A stretch of DNA of 63,731 nt, filler included, from Octopus bimaculoides (GCF_001194135.2; 4 parts of 4 records of this genome joined end to end with filler, not necessarily neighbours in it); one strand, 5' to 3'. Shown: positions 37,491 to 51,844, counted from the whole stretch's first letter. The notes: a model not told the origin generated them from the letters alone. Numbers and translations are program-made.

Positions 37491-38361
37491 CCTCCTCTGT
37501 GTGNNNNNNNNNNNNNNNNNNNNNNNNNNNNNNNNNNNNNNNNNNNNNNNNNNNNNNNNNNNNNNNNNNNNNNNNNNNNNNNNNNNNNNNNNNNNNNNNN
37601 NNNNNNNNNNNNNNNNNNNNNNNNNNNNNNNNNNNNNNNNNNNNNNNNNNNNNNNNNNNNNNNNNNNNNNNNNNNNNNNNNNNNNNNNNNNNNNNNNNNN
37701 NNNNNNNNNNNNNNNNNNNNNNNNNNNNNNNNNNNNNNNNNNNNNNNNNNNNNNNNNNNNNNNNNNNNNNNNNNNNNNNNNNNNNNNNNNNNNNNNNNNN
37801 NNNNNNNNNNNNNNNNNNNNNNNNNNNNNNNNNNNNNNNNNNNNNNNNNNNNNNNNNNNNNNNNNNNNCATATGTATATATGTGTATGTGTGTGTATATA
37901 TATATATATGTATATACAGGCAGAAAACTGGTATCTGGTTAGATTATGAGATTTATATATTTATATATTTACACAACTTGAAGGTAAAAAATATCGTTTC
38001 AGAAGTTTAGATCACAAAAGATCAATAAATGATATATTGGGGGATGTTCATAATAGTCATATATGCTAGTGATCTCCCGGAATAGTTATAAGGTAAGTCG
38101 GTATTATTGATATTAGATAAGATAAGTAAGGTCATCTGAGGAAAATCCAATACTGGATGAGAAGAAAAGTGTGCAGATACGGCCTTACAATTGTTTCAAG
38201 AATTCATGCATACTTGGTGCAATGCCTTGCAAGCAGTCTGCAACAAGTATTTTGGTGGCAACCTATTCCATCTTTGAAGGAAATGTGAGATAGATAGATA
38301 GATAGACAGAGAAAGAGAGAGAGAGACAGAGAGAGAGACAGAGAGAGAGACAGAGAGAGAC

Positions 38362-38462
<101 letters not shown>

Positions 38463-38590
38463 CGCGCAAACAAACAGATATATAGATAGATAAAGAGAGA
38501 GAGAGAGATATACAAATAGAGAGAGATGGATGGATGGATAGATAGACAGACAGTCAGGCAGACAGAGATAGCTAGATATATTTGTGTATC

Positions 38591-38634
<44 letters not shown>

Positions 38635-38640
38635 TGTGTG

Positions 38641-38880
38641 TGGAGGCGCGTGGCTTAGTGGTTAGGGTGTCAGCACCATGATCGTAAAATTGTGGTTTCG
38701 ATTCCTGGACCGGGCGACGCGTTGTGTCCTTGAGCAAAACACCTCATTTCACGTTGCTCCAGTCCACTCAGCTGACAAAAGTGAGTAACGCTGCGATGGA
38801 TCGGCGTCCCATTCAGCTGGGAAACACATACGCCATAGAAACCGGGCCCATGAGTCTGACTAAGCTTTAAAAGGGCGAAG
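38641..38880 (+). mobile_element. SINE family 3 (tRNA head, CORE-like tgtgtccttgagcaa, V-domain-like gcgatggatcggcgtccc)
   Basis: A-box-like tggcttagtgg and B-box-like ggtttcgattcc. The V-SINE resemblance is from recall. Confidence 0.75.
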
Positions 38881-38988
38881 AGAAGATANNNNNNNNNNNN
38901 NNNNNNNNNNNNNNNNNNNNNNNNNNNNNNNNTTAATTAATTAANNNNNNNNNNNNNNNNNNNNNNNNNNNNNNNNNNNNNNNNNNNN

Positions 38989-39180
38989 GAAAGGCGGTGG
39001 GCTGGCTCGAACGTTAGCACGCCGGGCGAAATACTTAGCAGTATGTTCTTAATTCAAATTTCGCCGAGGTCGACTTTGCCTTTCATCCTTTCGGGGTCGA
39101 TTAATTAAGTACCAGTTGCATCTTGGTATCGATCCAATCGACTCGGCCCCACAATTTTGGGCCTTGTGCCTAGAGTTGAA
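38989..39180 (+). mobile_element. SINE family 2
   Basis: aaggcggtgggctggc...ttcaaatttcgccgaggtcgactttgcctttcatcctttcggggtcgattaattaagtaccag. Confidence 0.85.
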
Positions 39181-39504
39181 GATAATATACATACATACGC
39201 ACACAAAGAGGGGTAGATAGATAGATAGATAGCTAGCTAGATAGATAGATAGGGAGAAAGAGACAGAGAGACACACGCAAACACTAGACACACAGACAGA
39301 CAGAAAGACACACCAACACCCACACGCTCGGCCTCTCCAAAACCCCGAGGTGTCGAAATGAGAAGGGAATGGCAGGAAGAAGGTGACAGAAAAATAATGA
39401 TAGATTTGTTTTGCTCGTGTTTTATTGCTCTGTCAATATCGTTTGTTGGTCAGTTAATGACACTGTAGCCACCATTTTTTTTATTCATGTAATTAGTGGT
39501 ATTC

Positions 39505-39610
39505 ATAGGCGCAAGAGTGGCTGTGTGGTAAGTAGCTTGCTTATGAACCACATGGTTCCGGGGTCAGTTCCGCTGCGTGGCACCTTGGACAAATGTTTTC
39601 TACTATAATA
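39505..39610 (+). mobile_element. SINE family 1 head (a 3' fragment lies at ~39945-40030)
   Basis: ataggcgcaagagtggctgtgtggtaagtagcttgc...gtggcaccttggacaaatg. Confidence 0.85.
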
Positions 39611-40245
39611 CTATCGTCTATACCTTTAGTATTTCTGACACATGTCGGTTATGGACCTATCAGGTAGGACTGAATCAAGAGACTAGAACTCATCATTGAA
39701 GGATATATCTATTACCAGTAAGAGGGAATGCAGAATAAATTTAATAGATCGGATCAAGATTTTTTTATTTTATTGGATCTATTTTTGGGGGTCAACTAGA
39801 TCGAATCATCTCAAGTGTAACTACTCGAAATGGTCGTGACTTCTGGAACTTGATTGAGGAAAGAAAGCCACGAATGACCCCGTCTATTTTTGCCTGACCT
39901 TCTAATCGTTTCTCTTGTATGTCTCAATATATATATATATATATAACTACCGGGTTCGATTTGTGTGAATAAAAGCCTTCAGAGCACTGCTCTAGCATGA
40001 CCGCCGTCATGTGGCTGAAACAAGTAGTAGATAAGGTAAAAATTTAGGTAAAAATTAGAAACACCTGACTCTTAATTTTTCCATCCAGTCATCTATTCAT
40101 CCCCCCCTCTCACCATCTCTTCATTTATCGATCGATCGAGAGATTGATCCATCCGTCCGTCCATCCGTCCGTCCGTCCATCTGTCCGGCCGTCTGTCTGT
40201 CTGTCTGTCTGTCTGTATTATATATATATCTTTGCGTGTTTGTGT

Positions 40246-40304
<59 letters not shown>

Positions 40305-41068
40305 CACACATATGTCTGCATCTATCTATGTATCTGTCTTTCTGTATGTATGTATGTACATATATATATTTGTCTATCACTTTTTTTTCTGTCTATGTAC
40401 ACATATATATTCATATGTTGGATGTGTGTGAGTGTTTATATATACATATGTATATATGTAATTATATATTTATATATACATATGTATATATGTAATTATA
40501 TATATACATATATATATATATACATATATCTATATGTAAAGTGCGAGAGAGAGAAAGAGAGACAGAGACAGGTGAGGAGAATTATTCTTCGAAAGATAGA
40601 TAATTACATACATGTACATACATGTATATACACACGTATATAGGTTATGTATATTTATTTTTTTTACTATTTTCTTTCATTTAATAAGTGTGTATATATG
40701 TACATAAAGATATGTATGTATATAATAAGAGAGCAATCGAGAGAAAGACAAAACTACACATATATGTGTACGTGTGTGTATATAATTATATTCATACACA
40801 CGCATACTCACACGTGTGCATCTATGTCTGTGTATTAATGTGTGTATCTATCACTCCCACGCACATTCTGTATCTTTCCCGCCAGATATATCGATGCACC
40901 CCCCCCATACACATGCACACACGCGCACACATATATACACAGTTATATCCATCTGTTCATACATATATAATATAATAGTCATACAGTAACACACACACAT
41001 ATATATGTATATATATGCATATATATAAATATCTACACACATATATATATGCGCACATATACATATAC

Positions 41069-41117
<49 letters not shown>

Positions 41118-41379
41118 CATATAGATACACACACACACACACATGTATATCCTTGGATCTTACATTTACATATCATTATATATATAAAGACATACGTACG
41201 CGACACACACAGACATCCATACATACCTACTACAGTCATACATTAATATGTGCGCGCACGCTACCACAACTCAAATGTGCCTTGTCAGCTATGTACAATT
41301 TGATTGGCCATCAGTAAAATAACAGAGTTGCTGGGTTGTGATTTTCGTTATCATAATTACAATCATTGTTTGGTTCCGT

Positions 41380-41780
41380 CCTTCCTTTACCCACTAACTT
41401 TCGTCTGAGTTCAGTTTTTGATCGGTACCAGCGAAGTGGTCGAATTTACTCAAGCGAACTCATTTCATTAAACACCGTTTTCTCCTTCACCGCTCACACT
41501 AAATTGCAGCTTTGCAATTCCTGCGCTCTCCAATTCTCCACCAAACCTCTTGCGCCATACGCTGCTGTGATGGATATAATTTCTAGTATTTACTATCGCA
41601 GTCTGGGAAAAGGGTGGGAGGAATGGCTAGACTCTACTAAAATTCTACAAATGGGCGTAATGATGCTGTTCCTGCACAGCCAATATTCAAAGCTTTGCGT
41701 TCATTCTCTGAAAAACGTAGAGGAGAGATGAAAGTAGTAGGTCAATACGTCATAAATAATCGTTGAAATCAACCCGTAGA
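41380..41780 (-). promoter_or_regulatory. CpG-rich promoter/enhancer-like unique region
   Basis: About 20 CpG in 400 bp of non-repetitive sequence; gggtgggagg (CACCC box) at ~41612, CCAAT at ~41680, tacgtca (CRE-like) at ~41746. Orientation is inferred only. Confidence 0.3.
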
Positions 41781-43249
41781 TGTTTATTATACGCTCTTGA
41801 CCGTGTCTCGCGATGGTATTTATAGACATGTTAATATAGTCCTGTAGAAATATACCATATTTATGTCTTTTACTGGAATAAAAAAATAAATACTGAATAA
41901 ATACTAACAAGAAATAACATATAATAGATAAATAAATACATAACTAAAAAAGAAATAAATAAAACAAAGTCCCTTCGTGCATGAATTCTGTCCTCTAATG
42001 ACGTTGCTTTCTTCTAACTACATCGTTACGCATGCCTGGTCACGTGTGTTGTAAGGCAGTAAACGGAAAGAGATGCAATTTGGAACACAGAATCAGTTGC
42101 GAAGTAAACATCACTTGCTTAGATTTCTTTCACCACGCATTACGCAAATCAAGTAAAATTCTTCGAAAAGTTTACAGATTATGCTAAAGCCATCCCTATA
42201 TTTACATCATTCATTAGTTTGGTTGGAATCTTTACCAATATAATGGAATAAGTAAATTCTATAACATACCATTACGCCAACCAAAACCAGCGCTACGTGA
42301 TCTCTTGATTTGTAAGAAATAACAACTAAATTCCCTTCTAACGATACTTGACCATATTAAAATAAAGTAATGCATTTTTGATAATGTGGAACTTGATAGA
42401 CAACGTGGAGACACGACGTGATGATCACGGTTGGAACTCTTTGAATATAAAGCTATTCTGTTTTAGCTGACATGACTAAAATAGAAGTAACAAGAGGTAA
42501 TTTTTCTGCATTTTAGCGAAGAATGACTGGTTTTATAAACCATATTATTTCGAAAAATATTTCTATGATAATAAATTGCAAAATTATCATTTTTATTCAA
42601 TCACGTATCTTAAAACGGCCAGGCGAATGCGAACGCGAATATATGATCACTGTTGTTTGCCCGTCATCGGAGAACGCCTCCCCACTTTTGACGCTGCATA
42701 TTGACAGCACGGAGGAGACGAATAAATATATATACTATGCTATGGAAGCCGGAAAGAACTTCAGAAACCGTTACTCAGGGTTTCACGTAACCATACATCT
42801 CACAACTTACATGAAACTCTGACTATCAGTTTGGTAATATTTTTTTCAGCTTAAATAAAAAGAAAAGTACTTTACTCTGCCTTCGGTATTCTAGTACTAT
42901 TTTTCTACCCTGTTTTGCAAAATTTCTATATATAGGGCTACAAGTTGATTGACTTATAATTGCTGAACTAGACTGCTTATGTTCTATACACACAAACGAA
43001 TGTACGTTAACGTATATCATTTTAATTAATACGCATTATATAGTCGCTCCACTAAAATGAAAATTAAAGACACTTTGACGAATCTGAACAAATATATATT
43101 TTTTTTCTTGTATTTCCCCTTAGATAGAGCATATATGTATGTCTACACCAGCTTGATTGTGTGTATGTATGTATGTATGTATGTATGCATGCATCTATAC
43201 ATGTATGTAAGTATATATATATATGTATATATGTGTATATATATATATA

Positions 43250-43338
<89 letters not shown>

Positions 43339-43472
43339 GAATATATACATATATTTATATATATATATATGCATATATACATATATATATCCATGAATAT
43401 ATACATATATATATGTATCTCTCTCCTCCCTCACACTTCCCCTTTCTCTACATCTCTCTGTCTCTATATCTG

Positions 43473-43541
<69 letters not shown>

Positions 43542-44179
43542 CTATCTCTCTCTATATATATGTGTGTTTGTGTGTGAGCATGTGAGTATCGGTGTGTGTG
43601 TGTGTGTGCGTAGGCATATACACATATCTCCTTGCATGTATGTGCGTCGGTGGACGAATAATTATGGAAATCTAATTTCGATCAGTTGCAACGTCGTTTC
43701 TGGAATCGTGAGGAGAATGGAATACTTACCGTCCATTGACAGAGAGACAGATAAATTGATAGACAGATAGACAGAGAGAGAAAGACTGAGTGAGAGAAAG
43801 AGGGGGGGTGAAAGAGAAACAGGTGTACGCTCATACTCAGACACAAACATGCATATAAAGCACCATAAATTAGTATGTATATAATACAATTTGCATTCAG
43901 ATGACGCCTATTTTCTAATGACTAGTCTTATATATGCATTTATGCATATTTATGCTTAAATAGTATCTAATTAATAAGATATACGTATTTAGTAGTAAGA
44001 TTTACTGTTCGTCATAAAACGAACATCTTGCGGCGTGCTTTGTGACATCTTACTGTTAAATGTATATGCATTTATTTGTTGTCATATCAGCAGCGTGAAC
44101 TAAGCCATACATACATACATACATACATACATACATACATACAAATATACATACATATATACATGCTTACATACATACA

Positions 44180-44435
44180 TACTACTTCCCTATGTGGCAC
44201 GATGTTATCGCTAAACAATTTACAATGTCATCCACAAAAAAGACTGACCTGAAATAAACTTAGAAAATGCCTCTGCTATTTAATACGTTCATAAACACCA
44301 ACTCAAGGAATACTGGTGAAATATTCCCATCAAAACTTCTGTCAACAGTAAAAATAACGGGCCGGATATTGTTGTTTGGGACAGAGAGGCAAAGGTATGT
44401 ATCGTCATAGAGGCCAGCTGCCCTGCACATATAAC
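44180..44435 (+). mobile_element. RLE-type (R4/NeSL-group) LINE endonuclease fragment
   Basis: YYFPMWHDVIAK...KEYW*NIPIKTSVNSKNNGPDIVVWDREAKVCIVIEASCP, matching the RHD and PD..(D/E) RLE motifs. Confidence 0.7.
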
Positions 44436-44439
44436 TATC

Positions 44440-44545
44440 ACTGGTACTTAACTGGTGCGAAACTGGTACTTATTTAATTGATCCCGAAAGGATGAAAAGC
44501 AAAGTCGACCTCGGCGGAATTTGAACTCAGAACGTAGCGGCAGGT
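44440..44545 (-). mobile_element. SINE family 2, central fragment
   Basis: ctggtacttatttaattgatcccgaaaggatgaaaagcaaagtcgacctcggcggaatttgaactcagaacgt. Confidence 0.85.
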
Positions 44546-44565
44546 GAAAAATTGTCTTCACTTAC

Positions 44566-44651
44566 CGACTTCATTCTGCAAACATGTCAGCTGTAACAAG
44601 CAGTGTGTAGTGGGGTACCTTTGAAGTGATGTTACAGCCATCTCCTTCAGT
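44566..44651 (-). CDS. Candidate exon, 86 nt, single open frame LKEMAVTSLQRYPTTHCLLQLTCLQNEV (may contain a start codon)
   Basis: Minus strand reads atttgctattccag|ACTGAAG...GAAGTCG|gtaagt (perfect donor). The segment is GC-richer than its flanks. No homolog recognised. Confidence 0.42.
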
Positions 44652-45577
44652 CTGGAATAGCAAATATTTGCAGGTAACCTAATTAGGATTAGAGTAATCA
44701 CTTCCTATATGTACAATATTCTAGGACATTTATAACTATTTCTCTAAAATAAAAAGTACGCAAAACATCTGGAATGCATCTCGTGTTCATTCCACATTTT
44801 CTGTTTCATATTTTATATTATACATATCATATAAAATATGTTAATTTATTTCATAGTCTACCACAACATTTTATAATTTACAGTTTATTATTATTTATAA
44901 CCCTATAAATTTTTATTATATATCTCATTATATATTTTTATTAGGTTGTTAATTACATATAACGAGTGTATCATTGTTCGTTAATCATATTTTACACCGT
45001 GGTGCAGAACTGATCAAACAAAAATTTCCAACGCTTCTCGCATGCAAAAGTAGATAAAAATAAACGGTAAAAATTAATAAATGACAAAAACAAAATGCAC
45101 ACATACGAAAACTAATGCAAATTTCGAATTATTAATCGATCTTCTGTATAACAAAATTATAAATTATACGTTGCTCAAAATTTTCATATATCTATATGGA
45201 TTTTCTAATCCATATGTATCTCTGATCCAGAAAATAATAGATTTTTTTAAAATCCATATTTATGGATAAGAATCTTAAATAAATAAAAATTTTCTGAACA
45301 TATTATTTATAATTACAGGTGTATCAAGATACCTGCTTGCAAGACGAAGTTTGGAAACCGCATTCGTAATATGATTTTATTTGAATATTGAGTTCATTTA
45401 TGCGTACAGAGATCAGTCACGCAAGAATATATGCATAACCAAGTATTTATGTATTTATGTCTATGTTCACGTATGTACACATGCATAAATATTTATATTA
45501 TATATTACATATACATATATACACACACACACACATATATATATATATACATACACAGATACATACATATATACATA

Positions 45578-45645
<68 letters not shown>

Positions 45646-45693
45646 NNNNNNNNNNNNNNNNNNNNNNNNNNNNNNNNNNNNNNNNNNNNNNNN

Positions 45694-45730
<37 letters not shown>

Positions 45731-45769
45731 ACATACATACATAAACCTTTTTTCTATTTTCTCTTTCTG

Positions 45770-45900
45770 TTTATTTCTGTGTTCCTTTCTGTCGAAGAGC
45801 GTAGGCTCGAAACGTAAAAGACTTTCTCACTTACCGAGCGTTAAACTAATACATCTGTTTGTTGCTTACATACCCGTCTTCGTCTTTTGTTTTTTGTACA
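45770..45900 (+). mobile_element. CUGUYGA-family hammerhead-like repeat, copy 3 (best preserved)
   Basis: CTTT CTGTCGA A GAGC gtag GCTC GAAA CG T A AAAG (45785-45820): 4-bp stem I, 4-bp stem II, palindromic ACGT. Confidence 0.75.
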
Positions 45901-46037
45901 TTCTCACTACATACATACATACATAGATACATACATAATACGTGCATTCATACATGCATACATACACATGCACATATATGTATGTTATAGTATGGGAATG
46001 TATATATGTATTTATCTATCTATCTATCTATCTATCC

Positions 46038-46079
<42 letters not shown>

Positions 46080-46244
46080 TTATTTATCTATGTCCATCTG
46101 TATGTATGCGTGTATATTCCTTACTCAGAGACGATAGGAGGGAGTTAACTAGATGGAAATAGTAGAGTTCAATATAAGGAGTTATTTTGGAAATGGATGG
46201 ATATAAATTCCACACAGCCTTGGTTTTTGTTGTCTCATTTTATT

Positions 46245-46309
<65 letters not shown>

Positions 46310-47105
46310 NNNNNNNNNNNNNNNNNNNNNNNNNNNNNNNNNNNNNNNNNNNNNNNNNNNNNNNNNNNNNNNNNNNNNNNNNNNNNNNNNNNNNNNNNNN
46401 NNNNNNNNNNNNNNNNNNNNNNNNNNNNNNNNNNNNNNNNNNNNNNNNNNNNNNNNNNNNNNNNNNNNNNNNNNNNNNNNNNNNNNNNNNNNNNNNNNNN
46501 NNNNNNNNNNNNNNNNNNNNNNNNNNNNNNNNNNNNNNNNNNNNNNNNNNNNNNNNNNNNNNNNNNNNNNNNNNNNNNNNNNNNNNNNNNNNNNNNNNNN
46601 NNNNNNNNNNNNNNNNNNNNNNNNNNNNNNNNNNNNNNNNNNNTATATATATATCTTCAAATATTTCAAATTGATATTTATTATCAGTTATTATCATATT
46701 CCTATTTATCCCTAAGATTATTTCTTATTCAAAATATGATTTAAAATGTAAAGTGGTCATATTTTTGTTGTATTTGTTTAAATCCCATTTTATTTTAATT
46801 TCAAATTCCTCTATAATTTGACCCTACCATTCGTATTTTCCAAACCGATAAATAATTATCATAAATGTATTGACATCCTGTAAATCGATTGTTCTAGAAT
46901 GGCTTTAGTAAGTGGCCTAAGAGACCTTGTTTCTGATTTTCAAATCCTAGTAATCTTTACGAATTAAGTTCTAAATTAAAATCTAAATTAGTTGAGACTA
47001 TTTTACTATTTAAATATTTTAAACATTTTCGATAGCAAATCCCCAAATTTTCGATATTAAAATCACTCATCCCCATACGAAACCCCATCCTTTACACCTA
47101 CCAAG

Positions 47106-47275
47106 CAGTGGCGTAGATTGGGTGTGTCCGACCTGGGGCAGCCCTTTGGTTACCGCCTCACGCAACCCGAGATTACACAAGCCTATACAAGCTTATATCG
47201 CAGACCCAGAAGAACCGCCCATAAAAATCTTTACCCCAGAATGACCAATCCGTTCCATCACCCAATAACGCTACG
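47106..47275. mobile_element. Possible hAT-type MITE
   Basis: Left end cagtggcgtag; degenerate right end taacgctacgg (7/11 match to ctacgccactg); GC-richer interior. Confidence 0.35.
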
Positions 47276-47926
47276 GCTTTCATAAATAACGGACCAAAGT
47301 AACGCAGAAATAATGGCGACCATTTCAAACATTAACACGTTCCCTGATATGGTCAACATTGTGATAATATTGGGGTAAAAAAAACTAAAATAGGGCAAAC
47401 CATTATCGTTATCTCTATATCATATTTCAAGCTATGACTGTTAAATCCTATTTTTTTATTCCATAAAAAACGATATCATTAAACATAAATGAATTACACA
47501 AAAATATTTATGTATAAGGAGAGAGAAAAATATAAAAAACGTTTTTTTTTTTTACAGTGAACTAATTTCTACTGAAACCCATTAAATCTTATAAAATTAT
47601 AGTCGAACATAACTTGTACATAGAACTGGAGCCGTTGTCTTTCCTCTGGAGACATTTTAATATTCCATAAAAAAAAGTATTACCCAATTGGGAACTGGGC
47701 ATTTAGCATTGTTTTAAGCGTGTATTGTATCGGAAACAATTGAATGTGTGTGTATGTGTGTATGCACATTTATGTATGTATATGTGCGTGTCTACCTCTC
47801 TTCCTTCGCTTCATCTCTCTTTCTCTCTTTATATACATGTGTGTTGTATGTGTGTGTGTATATATATACACAGATAGATAGATAGGTACATACATACATA
47901 GATATGTACGTATATATATATATATG

Positions 47927-47969
<43 letters not shown>

Positions 47970-48264
47970 ACACAGATGCATACATATATATATGTATATA
48001 TATATATATATATATATANNNNNNNNNNNNNNNNNNNNNNNNNNNNNNNNNNNNNNNNNNNNNNNNNNNNNNNNNNNNNNNNNNNNNNNNNNNNNNNNNN
48101 NNNNNNNNNNNNNNNNNNNNNNNNNNNNNNNNNNNNNNNNNNNNNNNNNNNNNNNNNNNNNNNNNNNNNNNNNNNNNNNNNNNNNNNNNNNNNNNNNNNN
48201 NNNNNNNNNNNNNNNNNNNNNNNNNNNNNNNNNNNNNNNNNNNNNNNNNNNNNNNNNNNNNNNN

Positions 48265-48322
<58 letters not shown>

Positions 48323-48559
48323 TATAGGTATCTATGTATACGTATGATATATGCGGGAGTGTATAGGTAGGTTTTGATTAATGCGTATGTGTGTGTGTGT
48401 ATGTGTCCATAGTAATCCCCGTCTCTAACTAAGTAACGATTTTAAACATACATAGCAACGATTAATTCTAGTCAACGATTACATTTCCCGTGAAAAATTT
48501 CTATAACAATATTGAACGACTGTACAAACTGAGAGCAAATTAGCAGAATAGCTATATAT

Positions 48560-48665
48560 AGGCGCAGGAGTGGCTGTGTGGTAAGAAGCTTGCTTTCCAA
48601 CCACATGGTTCCGGGTTCAGTCTCACTACGTGGCACCTTGGGATAGTGTTTTCTACTATAGCCTT
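48560..48665 (+). mobile_element. SINE family 1 head
   Basis: ataggcgcaggagtggctgtgtggtaagaagcttgc...gggttcagtctcactacgtggcaccttggg. Confidence 0.88.
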
Positions 48666-49625
48666 TTCTACACACACACACATGCGAAAACACAAACACA
48701 AACACACACACGCATATATATTTAGTTATCCCAAAAATACCCCCACAGGAAAGATATGAACGAAAGTGCTCAATAAATGGAAAAAATGCGGAGCTTTAGA
48801 ATAACTGTTATTGATAAAAGCCCAGGTTTAGTAATGTTCAGGGGGTGGACAATCATTTACATACCTGTCATGAAATGTAATTCTGACATAGGCGTAATTT
48901 GAACTCAGTTCATGAAGGTAGAGAATAAATGCCGAGGCATTTTTATGACTAACAGCCCCGTAACTGCGCCATCTTTTGTAAGATGTTGTGCCTAACTACA
49001 GAAAGTTCGAAGAGAAAGTTAAAAATAAAATCAAACCACATTTAAAAATAAATACATAGTCATTTCTATTACAGATACAAACCCTGAACACTTCACATTT
49101 ATTAAGCCCTCTCACAAATTGCCTTGCGTGAATATATAATTTTCGATACGCGTATAAAATATTTATTCATATAATATTGTAACAGCTACTTCCGGTCAGT
49201 TGATTTTATATTCAAGAGCAATATTTAATTTTACTTTCCTTCATAGATCAAAGCCCTCATTCACACACAAAGGCCATAAGAAAATAGTATGGTTTAATCC
49301 CCCGTATACTATAACTATGCCTTCATTATAGGAATGAACTTACTAAGCTTAATACGTTTACACCACCTCGCTACACAGTGATGACCTAATATTTTTTTAC
49401 TAATTTTGTTTCATTTAACTAGAACTTATATAGTATCGGAAACTGTGAACTATAATATTAAAGGTCTCCAGAATTCATACTCAACTATCCTAACACCTAT
49501 GCAACTGTAGATATTTAAGTACTTTCCCCTTTAATAAGAAACCTCTTTTGGAAAGTTAGTGTATGAAGCTGCTATAAGATATAATTATATGACAGAAAAC
49601 ACAAGAATCGAGGTTAACAACATAC

Positions 49626-49852
49626 CTGTTCGCTCAGAAAGAATAGATACTACGACACGCTCTCAAAATTAGTTTCGTATTTAAGGGATAGAAAGGCAGA
49701 CAATACTACTTTGAAATGAATTGCAACCAAAAAGCACCCAAATACAGAACAACCGTGAAAATAGTTGCAACTTGTAAGCAATGAAAACACTTGATATACA
49801 CATTCTGCTGAGGAGTATCTTGAATAGGAGTGAATTAACATTTTCGTTTTTG
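49626..49852 (-). other. Candidate non-coding (5' UTR-like) exon
   Basis: ccttgtatttcag|CAAAAACG...GAACAG|gtatgt: strong signals at both ends, but no frame is open through the whole segment. Confidence 0.22.
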
Positions 49853-50574
49853 CTGAAATACAAGGAAATTTTCAGTCTGTAACATGAATATACAATTAAC
49901 TCCATTTTAATTAACCTGATGGATTTACATTAATTAATTATCTAATATCCACGCCACCCATACATACATTTCTCCCATTACGAAATATTTAATTACCAAC
50001 TAATTTTTTTGAATTTATTTTGCACAATGCACATTAGCGGTATTAAAAGTGTATATTATATTTTTCAATCGCAATTACAATTATGGAAATATTTGAATTA
50101 TTCTCCTTATTAATATTTTCCAATTTCGACATGAGGTATTTCCCTTGCTCTAAGTAATATAAATGAAATAGTGAATTACATGAATATTACAAATGTCAGA
50201 AAGACGTAAACACGGTATTAATGGTTTACGATGTGTCTGCTGGCCTATTTTGAAATTCTACTAGGATATATTTTTCTTTATGTCCACATTTTAAGAAATA
50301 CTTCTTAGCGGAATTTAAAAATAGGCCTCCCGACATCATAAACAACATTAATATCTTGTTTCTGTCTTTCTGACATTTGTTTATTGTAATATTAGTTATG
50401 TCCCTTGTGTTTTTTTTCTTTTTGTCTTGTTCCCTATGACCCTCTCTTGTTTTCTTCAAACAGTAACTGCCAAACGGTCTTGCTCTCTACTCGAAACGTG
50501 GCGAATTAAACTAATGTTTGACCAGGAAAACCTATGTAGCTGTATTGCACATGACTTGTGCATGCTATTGTAAC

Positions 50575-50630
<56 letters not shown>

Positions 50631-51573
50631 CATACATACGTATATGTACATACATCTATACGTAAATATATATATATGCATATGTGGACACAGGACGTGA
50701 TGAAACGTGTACAAGAAAAAAATACGAAGTACGAGTTCATGGAATATGAACAATTTTTTCGAACGACGAAAGGCACAAATGGTAAACACGACAAACACAA
50801 AGAACGAACCTTCATAGTAGAATAATAAAGAGAAAGTTCTTGGCACAATATTATATATATTTGAATGAATGAGTAGCAATGACTTTTTTGAGGGATAAGT
50901 TTTATTTTAATCGTAATAATAATAGTAATAATAATAATAGTAATAATAATAATAGTGTTTACATTATTAAGATTCAAATGAAAATTATCCCCTCTAAAAA
51001 GCCATCTGATGGCAGTCTACGAATTTACTCAGAAGCTCACAAAGTATTGGTGGTCCCGGTCTGTAATCGACTGCGTTAACCCAAGACGTCGCGCCATGGC
51101 ACTGAACTCGTAACGAAGTTGTCACGGAGAGCATTTCAACTATAGAATTATGATGTATAAAAGAAAATTTATATCAAAATCAGTTTTAGACTTGAAGTAC
51201 GTATAACCCGAACATGACGATATAAATGATAGAAGATATGAAAGTTAATTTGAATATGGGAGAAAGAAAAGGAAAAGAGAAGAAAATGAAAAACGGAAAA
51301 CAAGGAAAACAATAGAATTATCGATGACTTCATCATTTTATGCTAAGAAAACAACAGCAATATGATGGAAAACACAGGAATGGGATCGCTGGATAATATA
51401 ATACAAGTCCAGGGAAAATCTAACATTGTACAACTATAATTTACACACACAGACACACACATTTATTTATATATCAGTATGAATATTATACATACAAATA
51501 TACAGGCATAAACATCTGTGTGTGTTTGTGTGCGAGTGCGTGCATGTGTATGTCAAGGGGTATGTACACGGTT

Positions 51574-51610
51574 CCTGTACCAGTTTCACCGTATTAGGTT
51601 CGTCAGGTTG
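51574..51610 (-). ncRNA. Hammerhead-like core with poor stem I
   Basis: Minus strand reads CTGACGA ACC taatac GGT GAAA CTGG TA. Core and stem II are intact; stem I does not pair. Confidence 0.35.
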
Positions 51611-51788
51611 CCAATTAATTTGTATACTACAATACACTTTACATCGTCCATTGTGAACTCTCTTCTCCAATTTCTTATATATTCCAGTTCTCTTTCCCTC
51701 TATTTATATACACATATTTATGTATCTATATATGTATGTATGTATGTATATGTGTATTTATATAGTTGTATAGTTATATTCATACATA

Positions 51789-51844
<56 letters not shown>

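Noticed and set aside
41366-41731. 121-codon non-repetitive + strand ORF
   Set aside because: Starts at TTG (first ATG gives about 53 aa), has no recognisable motif, and the region reads better as regulatory sequence; kept only as a regulatory candidate.
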